Positions 36,993-46,601 of a stretch of 53,617 nt of DNA are shown in pieces; position 1 is the stretch's first letter, and each line of letters opens with the position of its first letter. The stretch is from Gemmatimonadota bacterium (GTDB lineage: Bacteria > Gemmatimonadota > Gemmatimonadetes > Palauibacterales > KS3-K002): NCBI GenBank assembly GCA_039586795.1, contig JBDHJS010000023.1, positions 1 to 53,617 on the forward strand. The letters are read 5' to 3'. The notes below the pieces were generated by a model. The model saw only the letters and a list, made by a program, of their open reading frames with translations. It did not search any database and was not told where the DNA came from. A program made the position numbers and the translations under genes.

Positions 36993-38975
36993 GTGACTCC
37001 CTTCAAGTGGATCCTGTTAACGTTCGGCGTGGGGCTTATCTCCGCGTACGTCTACTGGTGGTACGGGATGCGGGAAGAACCCGTACGCGGCCGGGCTCTC
37101 GCAGCAACTTTCCGGGCCTTGGCTTTGCTCCTCTTATTGCTGCTTCTCCTCAATCCGTCGTTTCCCGCCGGGTGGCGGGCGGCGGCCACGTCTGACGTGG
37201 TGATACTGGACGCTTCGTTCAGCATGTCACGACCGGCCGGTCTCGGCAGTAGTAGCATATGGCAGGCGGCTCGGGACTCCATGATAGAAGCCGATGGCGT
37301 ATGGCTATTTGGGGGGGCGGATCCGCAGTTCTCAGTGGCCGATTCGCTTCCGCTTGAGCCCATATACTACGAGACTCGACTTACTCCGGCCATCAGGTCG
37401 TCAGCTTTGGCGGGCGCCAGGACTGTCCGCGTCATCACTGATGATCGAATAGCCGACGTTGCGGAAGCAGCTGACGAGGCGCGCCGCCAAGGCATCGGGC
37501 TTTTCGTAACATCACTACGAACGGAGTACGAGGAGTCCGGGATATCGGAGATTGTGACGCCGTCTATCGTGCGGTCCGGCGACACAGTCAGCGTTAGAGT
37601 CGATGTCGTGGCTTCGGCGGCCTGGATGGATACGCTGCGTGTCGAAATCGTCGACGACGTAGAGAACGTCAGGGCGAGCGTCCTGGTGGAAAGACCGGGA
37701 GCTGGGCGTTTCGCTCCCGCTCGTCTCGCTTTTGTGGCTTCCGGGCGGCCTGGGTATCAACGTTTCGAGGCTCGACTCGCTTCGGACCGACCGGACCCCG
37801 AAACACGTGACGATCGGCGCCCTTTCTATTTGCGGATCGAAGAACGGCCGATCAGTCCGGTGTTGATTTCCCTCGTGCCTGATTGGGAACCGTCATTCCT
37901 GTTGCCAAACCTGGATCGGGCGTCCGATACACCGGTCGACGCCTACTTTTGGTTGGCCGACAGCCTGATCAGTCTGCCGATGTATATCGCAACGCCCGTC
38001 GCCGAGGTTCAGCGGAGAGCTCGGCAGGCACCGCTGCTGATACTCCACGGCTACGGCAGTGATGCGCCGACATGGGTTCAGGATCTGGCACGCCGAGCGA
38101 CGCGGCTGCTGGTGCTGCCGACTGGCGTTCGCGCTTTCGAGCTGCCGGGATGGAACGTGAGCGTCGGATCTCCCGCCTCCGGAGAATGGTATGCCTCCGC
38201 CGAATTGCCGGCATCGCCGATCGCGCTGCAGCTGAGCGGTTTTCCCGAGGACCAACTCGCGCCGCTGCTTCGGGTACGTACGGTCGATGCGGATCGCACA
38301 TGGGAGCCGCTGCTTTTACTCCGCATGAGACGGGGCGAGGCGACCCCCGCGCTGGTGGCAGGTCGGGCTGGGAATCGGCGTTGGGCCGTAGCGACCGCGG
38401 AAGGGTACTGGCGTTGGGCGTTCAGGCAAGGCGCTGGCCGCCAGCTTTACCGTGCTCTATGGACGGGAGTAGCAGGGTGGCTCTTGGAAGGGCGCTCCTC
38501 CGGCGAAGCGGGCCTGCAGCCCCTGCAACGCGTCGTCGAGCGCGGCCAACCACTGCGCTGGGTTGCGCCCGCAGCACTCGATTCTCTGATTGTCGAGATG
38601 AACCGGGACGTTCTGAACGCTGGAAGTGCGCCCCAAGACGCTGAGAGTGAGGTGTGGCGTGGCGTCGCCGGACCCGGCGACACGCTGAGCGCGTGGACAG
38701 ATCCGGGCCCCTATCAGTACGTAGCTCGGGCCTTCAGCGGCGGCCGCCTGGTTGCTGAACTGGAAGGACCCGCAGAGGTCGAGGAGTACGCGTCGGAACT
38801 GCTCCCGGGCGCTGACGCATCGCTGGGAGGGCTGGCGACAGAAGTTGATGGCGGAGCGGCCTTCGAGCGGGCAGGTCGATCCAAGGGTCTGGCGGCGCTG
38901 GGATGGCCGTATCTGGTTGTGATCGTCCTGTTCTGCGCCGAATGGGCGGTCCGGCGGTTCGTCGGACTACGCTAG
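36993..38975 (+). CDS. Membrane-anchored hypothetical protein with degenerate vWA-like motif
   Basis: Two N-terminal TMs, VILDASFSM (DxSxS), VITD, C-terminal TM ending LFCAEWAVRR. Confidence 0.6.
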   Translation: MTPFKWILLTFGVGLISAYVYWWYGMREEPVRGRALAATFRALALLLLLLLLLNPSFPAGWRAAATSDVVILDASFSMSRPAGLGSSSIWQAARDSMIEADGVWLFGGADPQFSVADSLPLEPIYYETRLTPAIRSSALAGARTVRVITDDRIADVAEAADEARRQGIGLFVTSLRTEYEESGISEIVTPSIVRSGDTVSVRVDVVASAAWMDTLRVEIVDDVENVRASVLVERPGAGRFAPARLAFVASGRPGYQRFEARLASDRPDPETRDDRRPFYLRIEERPISPVLISLVPDWEPSFLLPNLDRASDTPVDAYFWLADSLISLPMYIATPVAEVQRRARQAPLLILHGYGSDAPTWVQDLARRATRLLVLPTGVRAFELPGWNVSVGSPASGEWYASAELPASPIALQLSGFPEDQLAPLLRVRTVDADRTWEPLLLLRMRRGEATPALVAGRAGNRRWAVATAEGYWRWAFRQGAGRQLYRALWTGVAGWLLEGRSSGEAGLQPLQRVVERGQPLRWVAPAALDSLIVEMNRDVLNAGSAPQDAESEVWRGVAGPGDTLSAWTDPGPYQYVARAFSGGRLVAELEGPAEVEEYASELLPGADASLGGLATEVDGGAAFERAGRSKGLAALGWPYLVVIVLFCAEWAVRRFVGLR

Positions 38976-38993
38976 GCGGAAGGGGAAGGCGCG

Positions 38994-41075
38994 ATGCCGC
39001 GGTCGCGGAACCTGGATCAACCGGTTCAATACCTGAAGGGCGTTGGCCCGCGTCGGGCCGAAGCGCTGGCCAAGCTCGGTATCAGGACCGCGCGCGACAT
39101 GCTGCGGCATGCTCCCCATCGGTATGAAGATGCCACGACCGTAACTCCCATCGCCAAGCTGGCGCCCGGGATGGATGCGACGGCCATCGGAACTGTCGTA
39201 TCGAAGGGCGTCATCCCCACTCGTCGAGGACTCCGCTTTTTCCAAGCCGTGATCCGAGATTCCAGTGGGTTGATCGAATGCTCCTGGCCCGGACAGCCTT
39301 TCCTGGACCGCACGATTCGCAAGGGAGACACGCTCCTGGTCTCGGGCCCGGTGCGCTTCTTTCATGGGCGACAGATCCAGCCGAAGGAGTTCACCGTCCT
39401 GGCGCGCTCCGGGGAAGAAGCCGAGGACGAGGGTACAGTCTTCCCGGTCTACCCCGCCACGGCCAACCTGACTCACCGACAAGTTCGCAGAATCGTGCAG
39501 GAAAACCTCGAGGCGCTCCTCGCGGCCGCCGAGGACGAGGAGGAAGTCATCCCGGATCACTTGCGCGACGCCCTCAGCATGCCGGCCCTGCGCCTCGCGT
39601 ATGAGTGGCTGCACAGACCGCCAACGCTCGGTCACGCGGAGCAGGCACGTCGACGTTTCGCCTTCGAGGAACTCTTCATTCTGCAACTTCTCTATGCGCG
39701 GGCCCGATATGAGAATCAGGAACACCGCCAGGGGATCAGCTTCGAACGAGCGAATACTCTCGTGCGGCCATTTGCCGAGAGCCTACCCTTCACCCTGACA
39801 GGCGCACAAAAGAAGGTGCTCGCCGAAATATCGTCGGACATGTCGGCGCCGCGCCCCATGAATAGGCTGCTGCAGGGCGACGTGGGAAGCGGCAAAACGG
39901 TAGTCGCTTTGTTCGCCATGCTTCGCGCGGTGGAGAACGGCTACCAGGCGGCTCTGATGGCGCCGACCGAGTTGCTGGCCGAACAGCACCAAAAGACGAT
40001 CGCTGGTCTAACGAATGAGCTTTCTGTAGAGGTGGTATCACTGCGCGGTGGTCTACGCGCCGCGCCCAGGCGGGAGGCGCTGGAACGGATTGCCAGCGGT
40101 GAGGCCGGATTGGTCATAGGAACTCACGCTCTCATTCAGGATGACGTGGAGTTCAAGCGTCTCGGCCTGGTGGTGATCGATGAGCAGCATCGTTTCGGCG
40201 TCCGTCAACGTCTTCAGCTGCGTCAGGCTGGTGCTGAGCCGGATGTCCTTGTCATGTCCGCCACGCCGATCCCCCGATCGCTGGCGCTGACTTTCTATGG
40301 TGACCTCGACATCTCTACTCTGGATGAACTGCCTCCGGGAAGACGCCCGGTGAAGACGGTATTGCGAAGCGATGCCGCTCGAGACCGTGTCTTCGACTTC
40401 GTGCATCAGGAAGTCAAGGACGGCCGTCAGGCGTACGTCGTCTACCCGGTGATCGAGGAATCGGAGACGCTAGATGTTCGATCCGCAACGGAGGCGTTCG
40501 AGCATCTGTCTGGCGAGGTTCTTGACGATCTGAACGTCGCACTGATACACGGTCGCATGCCAGGCGATGAGAAAGACGCCGTCATGCATCAGTTCATCAA
40601 TAGCGACATCGATGTCCTCGTCTCCACAACGGTCATCGAAGTCGGGATCGACGTCGCCAACGCCACCGTGATGGTCATCGAGGGTGCCGAGCGGTTCGGG
40701 CTGTCACAGTTGCACCAGCTGCGTGGACGTGTGGGGCGGGGAGCGGATCAGAGCTACTGCATCGTCATTCATTCGGGCCGCGAACCGCCGGAGAGGCTGG
40801 CGATCTTTGCATCGACGACCGACGGATTCGAGATCGCTAGCGCCGACCTACGACTGCGTGGGATCGGAGACTTTTTTGGTGCACGGCAGCACGGCATGCC
40901 CGACTTCAAGTTTGCCGACCTGGAGCGCGATCAGCCTCTGCTGCACTCGGCTCGCGATGCTGCGGCTCGCGTCATCGCTCGCGATCCCAAGCTGGAGCAT
41001 CGGGAGAATAAGGCACTGGGGGACGCCCTGAGAACGGAGTATCGTGAGCGCTTGAAGCTGTACGACGTGGGCTGA
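38994..41075 (+). CDS. recG: ATP-dependent DNA helicase RecG
   Basis: LKGVGPRRA, RLLQGDVGSGKT, IDEQHRFGV, MSATPIPR, TTVIEVGID, QLHQLRGRVGRG, DGFEIA..DL.LRG.G. Confidence 0.97.
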   Translation: MPRSRNLDQPVQYLKGVGPRRAEALAKLGIRTARDMLRHAPHRYEDATTVTPIAKLAPGMDATAIGTVVSKGVIPTRRGLRFFQAVIRDSSGLIECSWPGQPFLDRTIRKGDTLLVSGPVRFFHGRQIQPKEFTVLARSGEEAEDEGTVFPVYPATANLTHRQVRRIVQENLEALLAAAEDEEEVIPDHLRDALSMPALRLAYEWLHRPPTLGHAEQARRRFAFEELFILQLLYARARYENQEHRQGISFERANTLVRPFAESLPFTLTGAQKKVLAEISSDMSAPRPMNRLLQGDVGSGKTVVALFAMLRAVENGYQAALMAPTELLAEQHQKTIAGLTNELSVEVVSLRGGLRAAPRREALERIASGEAGLVIGTHALIQDDVEFKRLGLVVIDEQHRFGVRQRLQLRQAGAEPDVLVMSATPIPRSLALTFYGDLDISTLDELPPGRRPVKTVLRSDAARDRVFDFVHQEVKDGRQAYVVYPVIEESETLDVRSATEAFEHLSGEVLDDLNVALIHGRMPGDEKDAVMHQFINSDIDVLVSTTVIEVGIDVANATVMVIEGAERFGLSQLHQLRGRVGRGADQSYCIVIHSGREPPERLAIFASTTDGFEIASADLRLRGIGDFFGARQHGMPDFKFADLERDQPLLHSARDAAARVIARDPKLEHRENKALGDALRTEYRERLKLYDVG

Positions 41076-41117
41076 GGTGTGTGTCGTAAGTGACTGCAAT
41101 ACAACAATATAAGGGTG

Positions 41118-41708
41118 CTACATGATGTAATATCGAACCGTGATGCTGCCGGGTACGGCGGTAATACGCAGCGAGCTCTGCTGGTCGTCCTCGGGTTCGT
41201 AGGGCACGTTCCCGGGGCCTTCGTCTTTTTGGAAGTCGACGATGAAGAGCACGACCGTTGCGCCGAAGAAGACCTGGGAGGCGATCAACAGAGTGCGCGC
41301 TTGGTTGTCCTTGTCGACGGCTTCCTGATAGATCGACTCGAGTCGGGGATCGGCGTAGGAGCCGTCAGGGTTACGGCTGCGACAGTTGTCGGGATCGGAC
41401 TGGCAGAAGTCCTCGAGGTTGTCGAATATGTCGTTGGCGTCCGTGTTGATCTTGAATCCATAGGCGCCAAGAGCAATCGATGTGGCCAGCGTCGCCCACT
41501 TCGTGATACTGACCCAGCTGCCGTACCTGGGTAGGGGAAGCGCCGCGCCAGCGGAAGCGGTGTCCGCGTCATCGTCAGCGGCGTGCATCGGGAAATAGGA
41601 GAGTGACGTCTCGGCGAGCCAGGTTTCCGAAGCGGACGTCTGGCCGCTGGCGATTTGAGCGGGCGCCGCCAGGACGAGGAGCAGGATAATTGCCGCGCAG
41701 AATCTCAT
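41118..41708 (-). CDS. Secreted/membrane hypothetical protein
   Basis: Signal peptide MRFCAAIILLLVLAAPAQ, two further hydrophobic helices flanking a Cys pair; overlaps the stop of the PQQ-like gene. Confidence 0.65.
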   Translation of the reverse strand: MRFCAAIILLLVLAAPAQIASGQTSASETWLAETSLSYFPMHAADDDADTASAGAALPLPRYGSWVSITKWATLATSIALGAYGFKINTDANDIFDNLEDFCQSDPDNCRSRNPDGSYADPRLESIYQEAVDKDNQARTLLIASQVFFGATVVLFIVDFQKDEGPGNVPYEPEDDQQSSLRITAVPGSITVRYYIM

Positions 41709-42949
41709 CGTAGTTCGGCGATCCGTCCGTGCGTCGTGCTCGCGAAGCCCATTCCCTTGCGGCTGTAGAATGGAACGATAACCCGGCCATCGTGAACGAT
41801 GATCGGTATCTCGAGGGACCCATCAAAATCTACCGTCCAGAGGGTCTCTCCGTTCCATCCCAAGAAGTGTAGGCGTCCGTTTAGATCTCCGACGAGCAAT
41901 CCGTTCCTCACGACGGTGGGTGTAGCGCGGACAGGTGCGCCGGTGCTGCCGAAGACGTGGGCGTCACCTGTCGCAGCGTCGAACCGCACCAGCCGGCCGG
42001 TGCCAGTGACCGCGTAACCAAGTGTATCGGTGACGGCCGGGCCAGCTATGAAGGCGTCGAAACCAGAGGTTTGCCAGAGAACGGTGAGTTCCGGTACGCG
42101 CCAGGCGACGATCGATCCGTGCTCGGTAGTAGCGAACAGATATTGCCCATCGGTCGCCGTTTCGCCACTGATCGGTTCGCCAGTGCCGGCCGCCGAGCGG
42201 CGCTGACCGCTGGCGCGGTTCACCACGAACAGGCTGTCGTGGGCGACGTAGACGACCCAGTCGTCGAAGACGACGGGGCTGGCGTAGGGCGGTCGGCGAA
42301 AGGCCGCGGTCCAAAGCGGCTCATCCGATGCTGGGGTGACCGCTGCCAGGATCGCGTTGTCGGTGGTGACGAATAGCGTGTCCCGCGCCAGGGTCGGCGT
42401 GGTCGCGATCGGGGGTAACTCGATCCTCCTGAGCTCCTCACCCTCCGTCATGTGGATGACATAAAAGAAGCCACGCTCGTCCGTCGCGACGTAGATTTCG
42501 TCGGCGCGTAGCAGCGGCGAGAACGGCTGGCCCTTCAACTTGCGTTTCCAGAATCGAGAGCCATCGATACGGCTCAGCGTGTAGATATGCCGGTCGGCGC
42601 TGGCTGCGACGATCACTTGGTCGGTGACGACCGGGACGCCTCGGATACCTGGCCCAACCGAAGTCGTCCAGAGAATCTGCGGTGTGGCGGTAGAGACCGT
42701 CTGGCCAGCAAAGGGCGCCCGGCTTTGGCTGCCCAGGTACGCTGGCCAGTAGGCGCCCCCATCCACGGGAGCCGGGCGTTCTTTCTGGGCACAGCCCACG
42801 ACGAGCACGGCCAGCGCCATCGTTGTGATCCGGGCAACGGTCGCGGGGGTGCGTTTGACACTCGGGTGAGCCGTTTCTACATTCGCGGCCCTAACGAGCG
42901 AACTGGACAGGGCGCGGAGTCGCGCCCGCAAACGGACTTCAATCGGCAC
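41705..42949 (-). CDS. PQQ-like beta-propeller lipoprotein (BamB-like); start uncertain (alternative ATG at 42820)
   Basis: Lipobox LAVLVVG-C; YWPAYLG...RA; repeated Trp-docking blades (DGSRFWK, EPLWT, VLWQ, GETLWT). Confidence 0.75.
   Translation of the reverse strand: MPIEVRLRARLRALSSSLVRAANVETAHPSVKRTPATVARITTMALAVLVVGCAQKERPAPVDGGAYWPAYLGSQSRAPFAGQTVSTATPQILWTTSVGPGIRGVPVVTDQVIVAASADRHIYTLSRIDGSRFWKRKLKGQPFSPLLRADEIYVATDERGFFYVIHMTEGEELRRIELPPIATTPTLARDTLFVTTDNAILAAVTPASDEPLWTAAFRRPPYASPVVFDDWVVYVAHDSLFVVNRASGQRRSAAGTGEPISGETATDGQYLFATTEHGSIVAWRVPELTVLWQTSGFDAFIAGPAVTDTLGYAVTGTGRLVRFDAATGDAHVFGSTGAPVRATPTVVRNGLLVGDLNGRLHFLGWNGETLWTVDFDGSLEIPIIVHDGRVIVPFYSRKGMGFASTTHGRIAELR
42855..42883 (+). 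promoter_or_regulatory. Near-consensus sigma70 promoter for asnS
   Basis: TTGACA (42855-42860), 17-nt spacer, TACATT (42878-42883). Confidence 0.7.
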
Positions 42950-42966
42950 GTCCTGGACTCCGATCG

Positions 42967-44271
42967 ATGAGCGAATACGCGTACATCAAAGAACTGGCCG
43001 CCCACGTGGGCAAACAAGTCACCGTGCAGGGCTGGCTTCATAACAAACGCTCCAGCGGCAAGATCGCGTTCCTCATCGTACGCGACGGCACGGGTCTGGT
43101 GCAAGCCGTGCTGAGCAAGGCGGATGTTCCGGAGGAAACGTGGTCGCTGGTGGACGATCTGGAATACGAAGCCAGCCTTCGTGCGAGCGGGACGGTCCGT
43201 GAAGACGCGCGCTCTCCCGGCGGCGTCGAGCTCGCCCTTACCGATCTGAGCATCGTCGGCCCATCCTCAGAGGATTACCCAATCCAGTTGAAGGAGCACG
43301 GGGTCGATTTCTTGCTGGAGCATCGTCATCTGTGGCTGCGAACGCCGAAGCAGGTGGCGATCATGAAGGTAAGGGACGAGGTGACGAAGGCGATCCGCGA
43401 CTTTCTTTACGACAACGGCTTCGTCAACGTTGACACTCCCATCCTCACCGGCGCCATCGGTGAATCCGCGGGCACGCTGTTCGAGACGGAGTACTTCGAT
43501 CTTGGCATGGCCTACCTGGCTCAGACCGGCCAGCTCTACAACGAAGCTAACGCTGCTGCGCTGGGGCGTGTCTACTGTTTCGGTCCTACGTTCCGCGCCG
43601 AGAAGTCGAAGACGCGCCGCCATCTCACCGAGTTCTGGATGCTGGAACCGGAGATAGCGTGGTGCGACAACGACTGCAATATGAAGGTACAGGAGGAGTT
43701 GGTCTCCTACATAGTCGGCCGGGCCGTCGACCGCTGTCGTGCAGAGTTGGAAGGGCCACTAGAGCGTGACGTCTCCAAGCTGCAACCGGTTCGGCCCCCG
43801 TTCCCGCGCCTCTCCTACAGTGAGGCGATCGAGACGCTTCACGGGCATGGCTCCGAGATCGAGTGGGGTGATGATCTGGGCGCCGAAGACGAGACTCTGG
43901 TCGCGCAGGACTACGATCGGCCGGTCTTCATCTACAACTACCCGAAGCAGGCGAAAGCCTTCTACATGAAGGAGAACCCCGATGACCCGCGGACGGTGCT
44001 GTGTAACGACCTGATCGCGCCGGAAGGCTACGGAGAGATCATCGGAGGGAGTCAGCGCGAGGACGAGTACGACAAGCTCCTGAGCCGCATTCGCGAGGAG
44101 AAGCTGCCCGAGGAATCCTACGGTTGGTATCTGGATCTGCGGCGCTATGGGAGCTTCCCACACAGCGGCTTTGGGCTCGGGCTGGAGCGAACCGTCGCTT
44201 GGATCTGCGGTGTGCACCACATACGAGAGGTCATTGCCTTCCCACGAACGCTGAATCGCATCTACCCCTAG
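42967..44271 (+). CDS. asnS: Asparagine--tRNA ligase
   Basis: OB fold (GWLHNKRSSGKIAFLIVRDGTG), LAQTGQLY, FRAEKSKTRRHLTEFWMLEPE, EIIGGSQRE, GFGLGLER. Confidence 0.96.
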   Translation: MSEYAYIKELAAHVGKQVTVQGWLHNKRSSGKIAFLIVRDGTGLVQAVLSKADVPEETWSLVDDLEYEASLRASGTVREDARSPGGVELALTDLSIVGPSSEDYPIQLKEHGVDFLLEHRHLWLRTPKQVAIMKVRDEVTKAIRDFLYDNGFVNVDTPILTGAIGESAGTLFETEYFDLGMAYLAQTGQLYNEANAAALGRVYCFGPTFRAEKSKTRRHLTEFWMLEPEIAWCDNDCNMKVQEELVSYIVGRAVDRCRAELEGPLERDVSKLQPVRPPFPRLSYSEAIETLHGHGSEIEWGDDLGAEDETLVAQDYDRPVFIYNYPKQAKAFYMKENPDDPRTVLCNDLIAPEGYGEIIGGSQREDEYDKLLSRIREEKLPEESYGWYLDLRRYGSFPHSGFGLGLERTVAWICGVHHIREVIAFPRTLNRIYP

Positions 44272-44284
44272 GTGAGAGCGTTAG

Positions 44285-45724
44285 GTGGAGAGAAAGACGA
44301 AGAAACGCATGATCATTGGGTTTCTTATAGCGGCTGCCCACGTATTGGGTTTCCTTACGTCGGTCCATGCGGTGTGGAACACGCGGACGACTCAGGGCGC
44401 CATCGCTTGGGCGATCTCCCTCAACACCTTCCCCTACGTAGCGCTTCCCGCCTACTGGGTCTTCGGACGCAGCAAGTTCCAGGGCTACGTTGATGCCCGC
44501 CAGGAAGGCGACCTCGAGATCAATCAGGTAGCCGTCGATGCGGGTAGGCGCTCCGAACAGTTCTACGTCGACTTGCCCGAAGAGTGGGGAGGAGTGCAAG
44601 CGCTCGAGCGATTGGCAAGGATGCGGTTCACGGGCGGCAACGACGTCAAACTTCTGATCGATGGTGAAGCGACGTTCGGAGCGATCTTCGAGGGGATCGA
44701 GGCGGCTGAGGACTACGTTTTGGTTCAGTTCTACATCATAAAGGACGATCAACTGGGCCGTGAGCTCAAGGATCGGCTGATTCGCAAGGCGCGCGCGGGA
44801 GTCCGGGTTTACCTGCTTTACGACGAGGTCGGCAGCCACAAGCTGCCCAAATCATACGTCGGGGAACTGAGGAGCGCGGGTGCGGAGGTTTCGGCGTTCA
44901 ACACTCGCCGCGGCCGTCGCAATCGCTTTCAGCTCAACTTCCGCAATCATCGCAAGATTGTTGTCGTGGATGGACGCCGGGCGTATGTGGGCGGGCTGAA
45001 CGTCGGCGATGAGTACATGGGTCGCGATCCCAAGTTCGGCCCTTGGCGCGACACGCATTTGGAGTTGACTGGACCTGCGGTGCTCGGCGCGCAGGTCACG
45101 TTCTTTGAGGATTGGCACTGGGCAACTGACGGGGTGCCCGAGTTGAATTGGGATGCGGAGCGTTCGCCGGATGGAGACGTTCCGGTTCTGATCATCCCCA
45201 CGGGCCCGGCTGATGAGCTGGAGACCGCGCACTTACTCTTCACCGCGGCGATCAACGCTGCTCGGAAGCGCGTCTGGATTGCGAGCCCCTACTTCGTCCC
45301 GGATGAAGCCGTCGTTGCGGCTCTGCAGCTTGCCGCGCTGCGCGGCGTGGACGTTCGCATCCTAATACCGGAGAACCCGGATCATTATTTGGTCTATCTG
45401 TCGTCGTTCTCCTACATCGAGCAGACGGAACCGATCGGAGTGAAGTTCTATCGATTCGGTCCAGGATTTCTACATCAGAAGACGGCGTTGATCGATGATG
45501 CAGCGGCGGCGGTCGGAACGGCGAACATGGACAACCGGTCGTTTCGCCTCAATTTCGAGATCACCGTGTTTGTAGGTGACACGGCCTTTGCGCGGCAGGT
45601 CGAGGAGATGTTCGAAGCCGACTTCGCCTCGTCGCGTCAGGTCACGGCCGCGGAGCTCTCAGAGAGATCGTTCTTTTTCAAGATGGCCGTCAAGTTCGCC
45701 CGGCTGTTTGACCCGATCAATTAG
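44285..45724 (+). CDS. cls: Cardiolipin synthase (ClsA-like PLD)
   Basis: N-terminal TMs; two HKD motifs, RNHRKIVVVD and LHQKTALID; SPYFVPD; RSFRLNFE. Confidence 0.93.
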   Translation: MERKTKKRMIIGFLIAAAHVLGFLTSVHAVWNTRTTQGAIAWAISLNTFPYVALPAYWVFGRSKFQGYVDARQEGDLEINQVAVDAGRRSEQFYVDLPEEWGGVQALERLARMRFTGGNDVKLLIDGEATFGAIFEGIEAAEDYVLVQFYIIKDDQLGRELKDRLIRKARAGVRVYLLYDEVGSHKLPKSYVGELRSAGAEVSAFNTRRGRRNRFQLNFRNHRKIVVVDGRRAYVGGLNVGDEYMGRDPKFGPWRDTHLELTGPAVLGAQVTFFEDWHWATDGVPELNWDAERSPDGDVPVLIIPTGPADELETAHLLFTAAINAARKRVWIASPYFVPDEAVVAALQLAALRGVDVRILIPENPDHYLVYLSSFSYIEQTEPIGVKFYRFGPGFLHQKTALIDDAAAAVGTANMDNRSFRLNFEITVFVGDTAFARQVEEMFEADFASSRQVTAAELSERSFFFKMAVKFARLFDPIN

Positions 45725-45761
45725 TGAGTTGGGGGTGATGGGTAGGGGGTAGGGAGTCCCC

Positions 45762-46544
45762 TCACCCCTCACCTCTCTTCACTTCATCCCAGATCGCATC
45801 CAACTCGGCCAGCGTTGCCTCGCCCATCACCAGGCCGCGTTCCCTTGCAAGCTCGGTTAAGCGCGCGAAGCGGCGCTCGAACTTCAGGTTGGCCACCCTC
45901 AGCGCGGTGGCCGCGTGCAGTCCCGACAATCGGGCAACGTTGACGACCGCAAACAACAGGTCGCCTAGCTCCTGTTGCAGTGCTTCCGTTTCGCCGGATT
46001 CCAGATGGGCCGCGACCTCATCAACCTCTTCATGCACCTTGAGAAACGCGTCCCTGGCGTGATCCCAGTCAAAGCCTACTCCGGCGGCCCGGTCCTGAGC
46101 CCTCTGTGCTCGCGATAATGGGTCGAGATTCCTGGCGAGGCCCTTGAAGACGTCATCGCTGTCCCGTTCGCGTGCCTTGTGTGCCTCCCAATCGGGGCGT
46201 TGCTCCGCGTCTCCGTACAGGTGCGGGTGCCGACGGCGCATCTTGTCCTCTAACGTCGCCACGACATCTTCCGCCTCGAATGCGCCGCGCTCCTCGGCCA
46301 GGACGACCTGAAAGGCGAGGTTGAGCAACAGGTCACCCAGCTCGCTGCGCAGTCTGTCCCCATCTGCCTCCTCCAGAATCGCGTCGGCGAGCTCCAGCGA
46401 CTCCTCCAGCAGGTAGGCGGTGAGTGAGCGAGGCGTCTGTGCCGCGTCCCAGGGGCAACCAGCGCGAAGGAAGCGGACCACGGCCAAAGCCCGATCCAGG
46501 GTGCCGGGCTCAGGGGCAGGCCTGTCTGGTGGCGCCGGGTTCAT
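45762..46544 (-). CDS. mazG: Nucleoside triphosphate pyrophosphohydrolase MazG
   Basis: LRAGCPWDAAQT, ELGDLL twice, RRHPH, GFDW, KFERRF. ATG 46544 start inferred (ORF open from 46562). Confidence 0.92.
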   Translation of the reverse strand: MNPAPPDRPAPEPGTLDRALAVVRFLRAGCPWDAAQTPRSLTAYLLEESLELADAILEEADGDRLRSELGDLLLNLAFQVVLAEERGAFEAEDVVATLEDKMRRRHPHLYGDAEQRPDWEAHKARERDSDDVFKGLARNLDPLSRAQRAQDRAAGVGFDWDHARDAFLKVHEEVDEVAAHLESGETEALQQELGDLLFAVVNVARLSGLHAATALRVANLKFERRFARLTELARERGLVMGEATLAELDAIWDEVKRGEG

Positions 46545-46601
46545 ATCTGGTCTGTTTTGCATAGGTTATATGGGCCCCATATACTGAAGGCCAAATTCGC
46601 G

